Origin: an uncultured delta proteobacterium
Lineage (GTDB): Bacteria; Desulfobacterota; Desulfobacteria; Desulfobacterales; QNYZ01
NCBI GenBank assembly: GCA_963845145.1
Contig: CAWJQU010000005.1
Span: forward strand, 960,001-1,024,000
DNA: 64,000 nucleotides
Direction: 5' to 3'
Shown: positions 10,027 to 19,706 of the stretch, in pieces
How the letters are laid out: each line of letters opens with the position of its first letter
Position numbering within the stretch: the first letter of the stretch is position 1
Made by a program: the position numbers and the translations under genes
Notes under the pieces: model-generated
What the model was told of the DNA's origin: nothing
Databases searched by the model: none
What the model saw: the letters and a program-made list of their open reading frames with translations, nothing else

Positions 10027-10916
10027 GTTATTTTTTACAGCTGGTCGTAAGTGGAATCGTAGTCGGATCGATTTATGCCCTGTCGGCGTTGGGGTTCGTA
10101 TTGATCTATAAATCCAGCCGCGTGCTCAATATTGCCCATGGACAGATCATTGCCTCCGGGGCGTTTATTACTTACGCACTGACGGTATTGGCGGGGATTC
10201 CCATTTACATTTCATTTGTATTGAGCCTGATCATCACTTTTTTCCTCGCCATGGGGGTTGAACGGGTCTTTTTACGCCGGTTAATCGGGGAACCGATTAT
10301 ATCGGTCATTATGGTTACTATCGGGTTGATGTCTATTCTCGACGGGCTGGTCTACCTGACGCCGTTCGGAACCGAGAACTTTTCTTTTCCTGAATTTTTA
10401 CCACAGCAGCCACTTACATTTTACGGGGTTTCCATCTCGATGACCCAATTGGTGGGCGTGATCATCACCGCTATCCTGATCGGGGGCTTTTCCTGGTTTT
10501 TTACCAAATCGACACTGGGAATCTCCATGCGGGCCGTATCCGACGACCAGCTGGCGTCCATGTCGGTGGGGATCTCGATTCCCAGAGTATTCGGGCTGGC
10601 CTGGGCCATGGCCGGCTTCAGCGCCGCTGCGGCAGGATCGATTATCGGCAATATTACCGGGTTGAATTTCGATACCCTGCATGCTTTTGGGATTGCCGTG
10701 TTCCCCGTGGTGATATTGGGCGGACTTGATTCCATTGTGGGGGCTGTGGTGGCCGGAATTATCATGGGGTTGATTCAGCAATTCGCCGGCGGGTACCTCG
10801 ATGGTAATTGGGGGCTGAACGGCACCGCCAACGTTTTGCCCTATATCATTTTATTAGTCATATTATTGTTTAAGCCGCACGGGTTGTTCGGCACACATGA
10901 AATTGAGCGAGTGTAA
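10023..10916 (+). CDS. Liv-type ABC permease (LivH-like)
   Basis: Polytopic hydrophobic protein; LNIAHG, MRAVSDD, ILGGLDS. Confidence 0.9.
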   Translation: MSYFLQLVVSGIVVGSIYALSALGFVLIYKSSRVLNIAHGQIIASGAFITYALTVLAGIPIYISFVLSLIITFFLAMGVERVFLRRLIGEPIISVIMVTIGLMSILDGLVYLTPFGTENFSFPEFLPQQPLTFYGVSISMTQLVGVIITAILIGGFSWFFTKSTLGISMRAVSDDQLASMSVGISIPRVFGLAWAMAGFSAAAAGSIIGNITGLNFDTLHAFGIAVFPVVILGGLDSIVGAVVAGIIMGLIQQFAGGYLDGNWGLNGTANVLPYIILLVILLFKPHGLFGTHEIERV

Positions 10917-10919
10917 TCC

Positions 10920-12014
10920 ATGGCGACGAATCGATGGATGGCGACCGGAAATTATTTTACGTCATATAAAGATGAGCAACGCATTTTTTTAACGCATTTT
11001 GATAGGGTCATGTTTTGCGTTCTGTTGGTACTTGTGTTCGCGTGGCCCCTTCTTTTCCCCACGTCCGACCGAAACATGCTGGTGATTGACAATATCCTCA
11101 TCGCCATTGTGGCCATTCTCGGTTTGAATCTGCTGACCGGGTTTGCCGGTTTGATTTCCATCGGCCATGCCGCCTTTGTCGGTGTGGGGGCCTACACCCT
11201 GGCCTCTTTTTCACAAGTGTTGGGAGACAGCCATGTACTGATAACCCATGGTTGGCCGGTGATGATATTGATTTCCGGCTGCATGGGTGCCGCTTTCGGC
11301 GGTTTTGTCGGCTTGCCGGCCTTTCGGCTAAAACATTTATATCTGGCCATTGCCACCTTATCCTTTCAGATGATCTTTGAGTGGACGATCAATTTTATGA
11401 CTTTTTTTAACCAGGGCCAAACCATTTTTGTGGGGCGGGTGTTCTGGTTTACCGGTAAAGTTGCTCGCAAAGAGCACTATCTGTTCTGGTATTATGTGAT
11501 TCTGGTCGTTGTGGTCCTTGCAGGGCTGGCCGTGCGGAATATCCTTCGTACCCGATATGGGCGATGCCTGGTAGCGGTCCGGGATAATGATCGGGCCGCA
11601 GATGCCATGGGTATGTCCCCAGGATTGACCAAAGTATACGCCTTTGCCCTGGCCGGATTTTTTGCCGGTGTGGCCGGTGCACTGCACGCGTATCTATACC
11701 GGGGCGTTGGCTTTGAATCATTTACGTTGCACCATTCCATTTCCTATCTGGCCATGGCCATTGTGGGAGGTTTGGGAACGCTGACGGGATCATTTTTCGG
11801 TCCTATTGCCATTAACCTGCTTGAACTGCAGGTGGAAAACCTGTCGGAATACATTGGACATCTATTGCCGGCGGTAATGAACCTGACTACGGCGCTACGT
11901 CCATTGACATTTGGTCTGGTCATTGTATTATTCCTGATGTTCGAACCACGCGGCATCGCCAACTGGTGGCGGATTTCGCGAACCTATTTCAAACTTTGGC
12001 CGTTTCGTTATTAA
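10920..12014 (+). CDS. Liv-type ABC permease (LivM-like)
   Basis: GLNLLTGFAGLISIGHAAF, AVRDNDRAA, IVGGLGT. Confidence 0.9.
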   Translation: MATNRWMATGNYFTSYKDEQRIFLTHFDRVMFCVLLVLVFAWPLLFPTSDRNMLVIDNILIAIVAILGLNLLTGFAGLISIGHAAFVGVGAYTLASFSQVLGDSHVLITHGWPVMILISGCMGAAFGGFVGLPAFRLKHLYLAIATLSFQMIFEWTINFMTFFNQGQTIFVGRVFWFTGKVARKEHYLFWYYVILVVVVLAGLAVRNILRTRYGRCLVAVRDNDRAADAMGMSPGLTKVYAFALAGFFAGVAGALHAYLYRGVGFESFTLHHSISYLAMAIVGGLGTLTGSFFGPIAINLLELQVENLSEYIGHLLPAVMNLTTALRPLTFGLVIVLFLMFEPRGIANWWRISRTYFKLWPFRY

Positions 12015-12136
12015 ACCCGGCGCTTGGAAAGCAACCCCATTTGGAGTAAAAACAAGCTGCCGATCCTTTCGGGCCTCGGAAAACCGTTTTTTCGGGCATC
12101 TTTGTCAACACCGTTATTTAAATGAGGAGGAATTAA

Positions 12137-13363
12137 ATGAAAGCGAAAAAAGCGTATGTTATCCATTTTGGCCTGGCATTATTGCTGATCCTGGCCTTTG
12201 GGGCCCAGGTACAGGCAGGTGAAACTTACAAGCTGGGATTGTCGCTGGCCATCACCGGCCCGACATCTGATGCGGGGAACCCTTATTCCAAGGGCGTTGA
12301 GGATTATGTTAAGTATGTGAACGAAGAGAAAATGTTGGGTGATGACATGGTGGAATGTTTTATCCGGGACGACCAGTACAAAACGGATATCACCAAAAGA
12401 AATTTTGAAGATTTCATCGATGAAGGAATCGTACTGTACTTAAATTATTCAACAGGCAGCACCCTCGGGTTGAAGCGGGATTTCGAAGAAGAACAGATCG
12501 CCGTGATTCCGGCCTCTTTTCACGCTGGAAATCTGGACGAATCCAATTACATTTTTCTGCCCATTGCCTCCTATTCGAACCAGGTCGTTACTTTGTCTGA
12601 ATATGTGGTTGCCAACCACAAAGGGGATACCCCCAAAGTCGCCATGTTTATCCATCCTTCCGCATTCGGTCGTGGACCGGTTGAAGATACCCAAAAAGCG
12701 GTGGCCGCTGGATTGAAAATGGAGATCGTTGAAGTGGTGGAACACGGCAAGGATCTGGATAATACCGCAACACTGAAGCGCTTGTTGGATAAAAATGTTC
12801 AATACGTCATTTGTCACACGGTTCAATCTCCGGTTGCCACCTTGATCAAAGATGCTCAGCGGTTGGGTATGGTCGCCAAGACATTCGGCGAAGCCGGCAA
12901 AATAACCTTTCTCGGCGCCCACTACACCGGGGGAAATGACTTGACCGCGCTGGCTGGATCGGCCGCGGAAAATTTCTTTTGGACGACTTCCTACACCCTG
13001 ACCTCTGTTAAGGGTGCTGGAACTGATTTTCAGCTGGCCCTGGCCAAGCGTTACGGCCGCGATGAAAAGGCTGCCAACTCCCATAATTACACCAATGGCA
13101 TCATGGTTGCCCAGGTAGCTGTCGAGACCCTTATAAGGGCCAAAGCGAATGGTAAAAAGATTGATCGCAAAGCCCTTTATGAAGAATTGTTGGCCATGAA
13201 CGGTGATAAGGCATATGACCCCATGACCACGGTCGCTCCGGTGACTTACTCTAAAACCGATAAGGAAGGCGTGGATAAACTTCAGATTTATCGGGTGACG
13301 GGAGGGGCCTGGGAGGCTGTTGGTGAACCGATTAGTTCGGAATTTATGAAAAAGATCAAATAA
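12137..13363 (+). CDS. Liv-type ABC substrate-binding protein
   Basis: Signal peptide ending VQA; LAITGPTS, DDQY motifs; GAGGAGG RBS. Confidence 0.9.
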   Translation: MKAKKAYVIHFGLALLLILAFGAQVQAGETYKLGLSLAITGPTSDAGNPYSKGVEDYVKYVNEEKMLGDDMVECFIRDDQYKTDITKRNFEDFIDEGIVLYLNYSTGSTLGLKRDFEEEQIAVIPASFHAGNLDESNYIFLPIASYSNQVVTLSEYVVANHKGDTPKVAMFIHPSAFGRGPVEDTQKAVAAGLKMEIVEVVEHGKDLDNTATLKRLLDKNVQYVICHTVQSPVATLIKDAQRLGMVAKTFGEAGKITFLGAHYTGGNDLTALAGSAAENFFWTTSYTLTSVKGAGTDFQLALAKRYGRDEKAANSHNYTNGIMVAQVAVETLIRAKANGKKIDRKALYEELLAMNGDKAYDPMTTVAPVTYSKTDKEGVDKLQIYRVTGGAWEAVGEPISSEFMKKIK

Positions 13364-13390
13364 TTGATATAAAGCGAAAACTAATAAGCC

Positions 13391-13418
13391 GGCATGGGTG
13401 GCGATAGTCGCCCATGCC
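13391..13418 (+). other. Intercistronic stem-loop after the SBP gene
   Basis: GGCATGGGTGGC-GATA-GTCGCCCATGCC pairs fully with G-U pairs; no U-tract. Confidence 0.55.
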
Positions 13419-13435
13419 CACATAGAAGATATATC

Positions 13436-14257
13436 ATGGTAAATGCATCCACCAACGGCACGTTACTCGAAGTCAATAACATCGAAGTGGTTTATAACGA
13501 TATCATTCAAGTGCTTCGAGGTGTCAGCCTGGACGTTCCCGAAGGGGGTATCGTTGCGCTTTTGGGGACCAACGGGGCTGGAAAAACCACGACGCTGCGG
13601 GCGATCAGCGGGTTGTTGAAGCCTGAAAACGGGTTTATCAAAGACGGTTACATCAAATTCGCCAATCATGATATCACCAACCAGCTTGGTACGGCGGTGG
13701 TCAAAAGGGGGGCTGTGATGGTTCCCGAAGGTCGGCGGGTGTTCAAGCATCTCAGCGTCAACGAAAACATTCGGGCCGGTTCCATCACCCGGAAGGATGG
13801 GGGCAAAAAAATTCGTCGGGACTTGGATTTGATGTACGAACATTTTCCCCGCCTGTCACGGGTTACCAACCGGTTGGCCGGATATTGTTCCGGCGGGGAA
13901 CAGCAGATGATTGCCATCGCCCGGGCCTTGATGGCCGCACCCAAGATGCTCATGCTTGATGAGCCCTCTTTGGGACTGGCACCGCTTTTGGTTAAAGAAA
14001 TATTTGAAAATGTCGAACGAATCAATAAAGAGATGCAAACGACGATTCTGGTGGTCGAACAAAACGCCAAGATCGCCCTGGGATTGTCGGATTATGCCTA
14101 TATCATGGAGTCCGGCAAAATTGTTCTGGAAGGCCCGTCCAAAGATTTGAAAAAAAATCCGGATGTTAAAGAATTCTACATGGGCATCACCCAGGGCGGG
14201 GGGCGCAAATCCTTTAAAGAGGTCAAATCGTATAAACGGCGAAAACGTTGGATGTAG
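13436..14257 (+). CDS. Liv-type ABC ATP-binding protein (LivF-like)
   Basis: GTNGAGKT, VPEGRRVF, SGGEQQM, LDEPSLGLAP. ATG 13436 follows the hairpin. Confidence 0.92.
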   Translation: MVNASTNGTLLEVNNIEVVYNDIIQVLRGVSLDVPEGGIVALLGTNGAGKTTTLRAISGLLKPENGFIKDGYIKFANHDITNQLGTAVVKRGAVMVPEGRRVFKHLSVNENIRAGSITRKDGGKKIRRDLDLMYEHFPRLSRVTNRLAGYCSGGEQQMIAIARALMAAPKMLMLDEPSLGLAPLLVKEIFENVERINKEMQTTILVVEQNAKIALGLSDYAYIMESGKIVLEGPSKDLKKNPDVKEFYMGITQGGGRKSFKEVKSYKRRKRWM

Positions 14258-14300
14258 CACATCTTTCGTCGGCATCGGCCTTTAATCGGGAGAGAGTCGA

Positions 14301-14693
14301 ATGAATTTTTTAGTGGGATACAATGGGTCAAAAGCCGCCAAATCTGCGTTAACCATGGCCAAGGATTTTGCAAAGGTCTTCGATGCCAAGGTTTATGTTC
14401 TGGTTTCCATGGAGGGAGGCACCTCAGAGAAAATCGAGGAGATAGAAAAGGCTCGTTCGGATCTTGAATATGCCGGAAGTTTTTTAAAAGAGGCCGCTGT
14501 GGATTGTGAGGTCAGGGAGATGGTCCGGGGTTTGTCCCCGGCTGAAGACCTGGTCCGATTCGCCACGGATAATGCGATTGATCACCTATTCGTCGGCATC
14601 GAGAAAAAAACCCGTACGCGTAAGATACTGCTCGGCTCAACCGCCCAATATGTCATTCTAAAAGCGCCCTGCCCGGTGACATCGGTCAAATAA
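14301..14693 (+). CDS. Universal stress protein
   Basis: FLVGYNGS, LLGSTAQYVILKAPCPV. Confidence 0.9.
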   Translation: MNFLVGYNGSKAAKSALTMAKDFAKVFDAKVYVLVSMEGGTSEKIEEIEKARSDLEYAGSFLKEAAVDCEVREMVRGLSPAEDLVRFATDNAIDHLFVGIEKKTRTRKILLGSTAQYVILKAPCPVTSVK

Positions 14694-14714
14694 AACGAAA
14701 TTTTCAAGAATTGC

Positions 14715-14742
14715 TTGACATTACAGAAATAACCGTTAAAAT
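14715..14742 (+). promoter_or_regulatory. sigma70-type promoter of the cold-shock gene
   Basis: TTGACA-N16-TAAAAT; implies a 5' UTR of about 125 nt. Confidence 0.6.
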
Positions 14743-14873
14743 TGCGATAGTTGCTTGGGGCCGGTTGCGGCCTATCGATCGTTTCTTGCCGAAGGTAGAT
14801 CCATTCATTAGCAATGGCGACCTGAAGTTTGGAACACAAGCGTTTTGTAAAGTTTAATTAGGAGGGTGTCACA

Positions 14874-15074
14874 ATGACGAACGGCGTGGTTAAGTGGTTT
14901 AGTGAGAAAAAGGGTTATGGGTTTATCGAACAAGAAGACGGCCCGGATGTATTTGTACATTTTTCAGGGATCAACTCGGATGGCTTTAAAACACTAAATG
15001 AAGGCGACCGGGTTACGTTTGACATCGAGCAGGGGCAAAAAGGCCCATCGGCTGTGAATGTGACGGCTGCTTAG
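14874..15074 (+). CDS. Cold-shock protein (CspA family)
   Basis: RNP1 KGYGFI and RNP2 VFVHF; AGGAGG RBS. Confidence 0.97.
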   Translation: MTNGVVKWFSEKKGYGFIEQEDGPDVFVHFSGINSDGFKTLNEGDRVTFDIEQGQKGPSAVNVTAA

Positions 15075-15105
15075 CGTAAACTCGGTTCGCTAAAAAAAGA
15101 AATAG

Positions 15106-15145
15106 AAAGGGCGCTTGCAGGAAACTGATCGGGCGCCCTTTTTTT
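15106..15145 (+). terminator. Rho-independent terminator (probably bidirectional)
   Basis: AAAGGGCGC...GCGCCCTTT followed by a T-run, between convergent genes. Confidence 0.8.
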
Positions 15146-15170
15146 GCTTAGGCCATCTGTATATGCGACT

Positions 15171-16262
15171 TCAATCCAGCGGTGAAGGCTTGATGGAAAG
15201 ATGGCGCGCCCGAATTTTTTGAATATCTTTTTGTCTTATCTTTTTTGGTTTTTGGGCCAGTATCCGGCAGGTATCATAAAATTGCTTAAGATCCCCCTTG
15301 GTCTCTTGGATCAATATTTCAAATGCTGGAACCAGCTGATAATAGGTCGTTACGGTATTGATTTTGGCATTGTTGATCGGCGCCTCAAACCACGCATCAT
15401 ACCCGGAATACCCGTGCCATTGTTGTTTTAATTTTTGATATTGTGCTCTAAAAGCGTTTATTGTTTCTTCTTTTTGGGATCGTTTCTCCGCGAGAGGTAT
15501 CTCTTCCAGATATATTTTTTTCAGTTGATTCCGGTAGGTCATAACATGTGTGGCAAAGGCGGTCTCTCGTTTACGCGAAACCAAATATTCCTCATAGGCC
15601 TGCGGATTATTTGTAGCCAGCGCCCAGCGGCGAATTCCCTCCTGTTCCACAGCCGTGGCAAAACTTTCATTGAACATGGTATCATCCTCGACATAGAGGA
15701 CCTGATGGGCCAGTTCATGAAAAAGGATTCGCGCCAATCCGGCTTGGGAACGGTTAATCACCGTGCTTAAAACCGGATCGTTAAACCAACCCAGCGTAGA
15801 ATAGGCCGCCACATGGCCGATATGAACATCCCAGCCTTTATTTTTTAAATTATCGGCATAGCGGCGGGCATTTTTTTCCGAAAAATAGCCGCGATATGCG
15901 GTGTGCCCGACAATGGGAAAACGCCACGTCTTGGGGGAGAAAGAAAATTCAGGGGCTGCGAAAATCGTCCAAACCACATAAGGCCGATCCAGGGCTACAT
16001 AGGTGAGGTAATGATCTTTAACCGGCAGCCTAAGTGTTTTGGCGGCAAACTCCCTCAGGTCGAGGACCTGTTGGAGTTTGATTTTGAGTTTCTCCGGTGT
16101 CTCCGGTTCGGCTAGTATTCGGGCGATGGGTCGGCGTTTGGTGATAATAGCGGTTTGGCCCTGGATGGCCTGGCCATAGTAATGGATTGACTCGCAACCG
16201 GCTAAAGCCAATATCAATAATAGAAATAGTGAAATTTGAATATGATGAAGCGTTGCACGCAT
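15171..16262 (-). CDS. Putative zinc aminopeptidase lipoprotein
   Basis: Lipobox LAGC; AYSTLGWFNDP; HELAH; FNESFA. Confidence 0.85.
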   Translation of the reverse strand: MRATLHHIQISLFLLLILALAGCESIHYYGQAIQGQTAIITKRRPIARILAEPETPEKLKIKLQQVLDLREFAAKTLRLPVKDHYLTYVALDRPYVVWTIFAAPEFSFSPKTWRFPIVGHTAYRGYFSEKNARRYADNLKNKGWDVHIGHVAAYSTLGWFNDPVLSTVINRSQAGLARILFHELAHQVLYVEDDTMFNESFATAVEQEGIRRWALATNNPQAYEEYLVSRKRETAFATHVMTYRNQLKKIYLEEIPLAEKRSQKEETINAFRAQYQKLKQQWHGYSGYDAWFEAPINNAKINTVTTYYQLVPAFEILIQETKGDLKQFYDTCRILAQKPKKIRQKDIQKIRARHLSIKPSPLD

Positions 16263-16263
16263 A

Positions 16264-17226
16264 TCAATTGAGCGACAATAAATGCCTTACCATTCGGTTG
16301 CGCACCTCATCCCACACCTTCGGGCCTAAAGAGTCTTCGTCAATGATGAGATGGTGCAGTCCCGTTTTGACACCCACGGGTCCTTTTTGCAACCGGTGTA
16401 GTTTCCAACGGGTCAACCTTTCCGCTTGAATCATGCGTTTTAAGCCTCGAAGGGATATCAACTCGTCTTTGGGATCTATAAAAATAATGGTGGGTACATT
16501 GAGTTGGGGGCCTAAATGCGTTTTAAAGTGCGTGATGGTGCTGAAGAGCGTATTATACGCGGCCATTGGGGTTCCTGCGTTGGCGCGATAAGATGTGGAA
16601 GAATAGCTGGGGATAACCAGACGCGGAAAAGGGGAGAGCCACTTTAATCCGTAACCCATGGTTATCGTAAACGCCGGCGCAAAGAGTGCCATTTTGTCAA
16701 AGCGGACATTCGGTCGAGAGGCAAAAAGGTCACTTCCCAGCAAGGCGCCATAGGAAAATGCCACTAAAAAAAGAGGGACATTTTGTTCGTTGCTTCTTTG
16801 TTTGGCATAGAGATAGGCGTGATGGGCCTCCTGGAACCAAACGGAATGCGATACGGTTTTAAATGCTTTCATACGCGCCTGACTGGAACTCAAGCGACTA
16901 TCTACCTCGTGGTTTTTTCCATGACCCCGCAAAGACAGATTAAGAACCGCCACCCCGGAAGTGGTGAGGGTGGAAATCAATGCCACCATTTTATCCGGTC
17001 GCAAATTTAATCCGTGAATCACCAATGCCACACCGTTGATGTGACCAGGGTTTGCCGCGTCAAACCATTTAACCGAACGATCCAGAGCATTGGCGTTTTG
17101 GGAGAGATCTTGGGCAAGTGTCTTGGGATTCGACCCGTCATGGGATCGGGCGGCACAACCGCAAACGATGGCCACCGCCAGGAAAACGATAAAAAAACGA
17201 CGGTGAAGAGGCTTTAATATCGGCAT
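16264..17226 (-). CDS. Exported alpha/beta hydrolase (lipoprotein-like)
   Basis: Signal ending VCGC; HGLN, LRGHG, nucleophile elbow AFSYG. Confidence 0.75.
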   Translation of the reverse strand: MPILKPLHRRFFIVFLAVAIVCGCAARSHDGSNPKTLAQDLSQNANALDRSVKWFDAANPGHINGVALVIHGLNLRPDKMVALISTLTTSGVAVLNLSLRGHGKNHEVDSRLSSSQARMKAFKTVSHSVWFQEAHHAYLYAKQRSNEQNVPLFLVAFSYGALLGSDLFASRPNVRFDKMALFAPAFTITMGYGLKWLSPFPRLVIPSYSSTSYRANAGTPMAAYNTLFSTITHFKTHLGPQLNVPTIIFIDPKDELISLRGLKRMIQAERLTRWKLHRLQKGPVGVKTGLHHLIIDEDSLGPKVWDEVRNRMVRHLLSLN

Positions 17227-17235
17227 CAGCCTGGC

Positions 17236-17859
17236 CTATTTTTTAATTGTCTTGCCAATATTCATAAGCTCGGAAAGCGGTTCCGGTTGCGGGCTCATCT
17301 GCTTGACCTGCTCATGCCGGAAACAATCGGTCGTATGGTCATTGACCATCCCGACGGCCTGCATGAAGGCGTAGCAGATAGTCGGCCCGACAAATTTAAA
17401 CCCACTCGATTTGAGTTCCTTACTCATGGTCTTCGACAGCGGAGTGGCCGCAGGTACCTGGGCCTGATTTTTCCAATGGTTCTGAATGGGGGTACCCTCA
17501 ACAAAGCGCCAGATGAAGGAACTAAAAGAACCGAACTGGGCTTGAATATTTAAAAAAGCCCGCGCGTTTGAGATAGTAGCCGTTATCTTGAGCCGGTTTC
17601 GAATGATCGCCGGATTGGACAACAGCGCGGTTGTTTTCTCCGTGGAATATTGCGCGATGGTTTCGGGGTCGAAATGATCAAAGGCCTGCCGGTAGCCCTC
17701 TCTTTTATTCAAAATGGTCGACCAACTCAGTCCCGCCTGGGCGCCTTCCAAAATGAGAAACTCGAATAAGCGGCGATCGACATGCAATGGGACCCCCCAC
17801 TCATGATCATGATACGTTTGTTCTAATGGTGTCCTTAAAGCCCATTGGCAGCGATTCAT
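17236..17859 (-). CDS. tag: DNA-3-methyladenine glycosylase I
   Basis: RCQW, YHDHEWG, LEGAQAGLSW, IIRNRLKI, GMVNDH..C. Confidence 0.95.
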   Translation of the reverse strand: MNRCQWALRTPLEQTYHDHEWGVPLHVDRRLFEFLILEGAQAGLSWSTILNKREGYRQAFDHFDPETIAQYSTEKTTALLSNPAIIRNRLKITATISNARAFLNIQAQFGSFSSFIWRFVEGTPIQNHWKNQAQVPAATPLSKTMSKELKSSGFKFVGPTICYAFMQAVGMVNDHTTDCFRHEQVKQMSPQPEPLSELMNIGKTIKK

Positions 17860-17868
17860 ATTATTTCC

Positions 17869-18063
17869 TTAACAGTGGTCGGTTTGGGCCGTGTCGGGGC
17901 GCAAGGATTCGATCAGGACTTCCAATGCTTCTTGTGCTTCCGACAAGGCCTTGCTGGGATCAGGGCAATCGGTGATCCAGGCCGCCGATTCGTCCATTGC
18001 GCCGGATAGTAAATGGGCCAGGCGGCGACATACACTTTGTATGTATAGCAGGGTGGAATCCAT
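17869..18063 (-). CDS. Hypothetical small protein
   Basis: 64-aa ORF ending just before tag on the same strand; no motif recognised. Confidence 0.4.
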   Translation of the reverse strand: MDSTLLYIQSVCRRLAHLLSGAMDESAAWITDCPDPSKALSEAQEALEVLIESLRPDTAQTDHC

Positions 18064-18154
18064 ATCAAGCCGGGGTTGTCAATTTAGCCATTAGTTTGAT
18101 ACATAGAGCCAAATGACCGCTAACAATATTTTAAATGAAAGGTGGGAGTAAATT

Positions 18155-18655
18155 ATGTCCGATTCTGCAGCCCTGACAATATTAAAAAGAGCCATCCTTT
18201 TGGAGACGCGCGGCAAAGCCTTTTACAAAAAAGCTGCCGATGATGCTGAAGATAAAGCGATTAAAGAGTTTTTCCAGATGATGGCGTCTGAAGAGGTAAG
18301 CCATATTAAAATTTTATCGGAACAATACAAATCTTACCAGGCCAACGGCAAATTCGTTCCACGTTCAGCCGATGAGGCTTCCGCGACTGCCGCGGATCAG
18401 ATTATTACCGATCAAATAAAAAACAATATTGCAGCGGCCGGATTCGAATCGGCCGCTATCTCTGCGGCTATGGGAATGGAAGAGCGCGCCATCAAACTAT
18501 ACTCCCAGCGGGCCGGCGAAGCGACCGATCCAGTAGAGAAGGCGCTTTACCAATGGCTGGCCGAGTGGGAATCCCAACACCTGGAGATGTTGGCCAAAAT
18601 CGATCGTGAAGTAACGGAAACCATTTGGCATGACAACAACTTCTGGCCCATGTGA
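18155..18655 (+). CDS. Rubrerythrin/ferritin-like di-iron protein
   Basis: Two E...ExxH repeats (LETRG..FY/EEVSH; MEERA..LY/WESQH). Confidence 0.88.
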   Translation: MSDSAALTILKRAILLETRGKAFYKKAADDAEDKAIKEFFQMMASEEVSHIKILSEQYKSYQANGKFVPRSADEASATAADQIITDQIKNNIAAAGFESAAISAAMGMEERAIKLYSQRAGEATDPVEKALYQWLAEWESQHLEMLAKIDREVTETIWHDNNFWPM

Positions 18656-18799
18656 TACGCATACCATACAAATTAGCTAAAGGTTTTTTTATAAATTGCG
18701 ATACTATAATTAGGTATCTTAAGGTTAAGGGGGTGCCTTGGCGTCTAATATTTTGTAGCGCTTCATAGCCGTGGTGTTTAAAAAGTAAAGGAGTTCTGG

Positions 18800-19693
18800 A
18801 TGTCAATCCGGATGTCAATAATGATTCGGATCCAATGGATATTTCCGCTTTTTTTATGGTTTATTGTGGTTGGTCCATGTTACGCAGATCAAACCATTGA
18901 GGCAAAGAGGGTTGATCTGCCACCGGTTATTGACGGCAAGGCCGATGATCCTGCCTGGCAAAAAGCCAATTTCATCGTTACCCATGATAAAATTGCCGAT
19001 ATATCCATAAAAATAAAATCCGTTTACACGCCAACGACTATTTTCTTCCTTGTTCAGTTCCCAGACAGCGACGAGTCCCGCCTGCATAAACCCTGGATTT
19101 GGAATAAAGCCAAAAAGTTGTATGAAGTCGGTCCCGATCGCGAGGATAGTTTCCTTTTTAAATGGGCCATGAGCGATGGTGTTACCGATTTGGGGGTCTA
19201 TGCAAATGAACCGTATACTGCGGATATCTGGTTTTGGAAAGCCCACCGTACCGATCCATCCGGCCATGCCGATGATAAATTTCAAATATTATCTAAAAAC
19301 CCATTACCAAGAGCAAAACCAATAGAATCCGTCAGTGGCCAAAAAATGTATCTTAAAAGAAGCGGTGATGCTGGAAAATCAGCGTATACATCTTCGATCC
19401 ATATTGAATATGAAGGTGATAAGCTGCCTCAGTTTATTAGCCGCGATCCGTCCGGCAGTCGTGCCGATATCAGGGCCAAAGGGGTCTGGCATAATCATCA
19501 ATGGTATATCGAGTTTTCTCGTGGGTTAGAAACACAGCACAGCGATGATATTCAGTTTGACTTATCCAAGGGCCATTTTTTCGGTGTATCACGATACGAA
19601 ATCGCGGCCAGAAAATCCGATCCGAACCTCTCCCAACCCTTGTATGGATCCGGTGATGTTAATGAAAAATTGACCCTCATATTAAAACCTTGA
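18800..19693 (+). CDS. Periplasmic EB_dh-type (ethylbenzene dehydrogenase gamma-like, DOMON heme b) protein
   Basis: Signal peptide; [38 protein letters not shown]...DD. Start may be 18812 or 18821. Confidence 0.75.
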   Translation: MSIRMSIMIRIQWIFPLFLWFIVVGPCYADQTIEAKRVDLPPVIDGKADDPAWQKANFIVTHDKIADISIKIKSVYTPTTIFFLVQFPDSDESRLHKPWIWNKAKKLYEVGPDREDSFLFKWAMSDGVTDLGVYANEPYTADIWFWKAHRTDPSGHADDKFQILSKNPLPRAKPIESVSGQKMYLKRSGDAGKSAYTSSIHIEYEGDKLPQFISRDPSGSRADIRAKGVWHNHQWYIEFSRGLETQHSDDIQFDLSKGHFFGVSRYEIAARKSDPNLSQPLYGSGDVNEKLTLILKP

Positions 19694-19706
19694 GCAATTC
19701 CCATTG

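Noticed and set aside
12449..13423. 324-aa antisense ORF and the many other shadow ORFs in the track
   Set aside because: They overlap well-supported genes on the opposite strand or frame and have no motifs of their own.
16264..17859. Amber read-through fusing tag to the in-frame hydrolase
   Set aside because: The hydrolase has its own export/lipoprotein signal, and there is no evidence of pyrrolysine machinery in the window.
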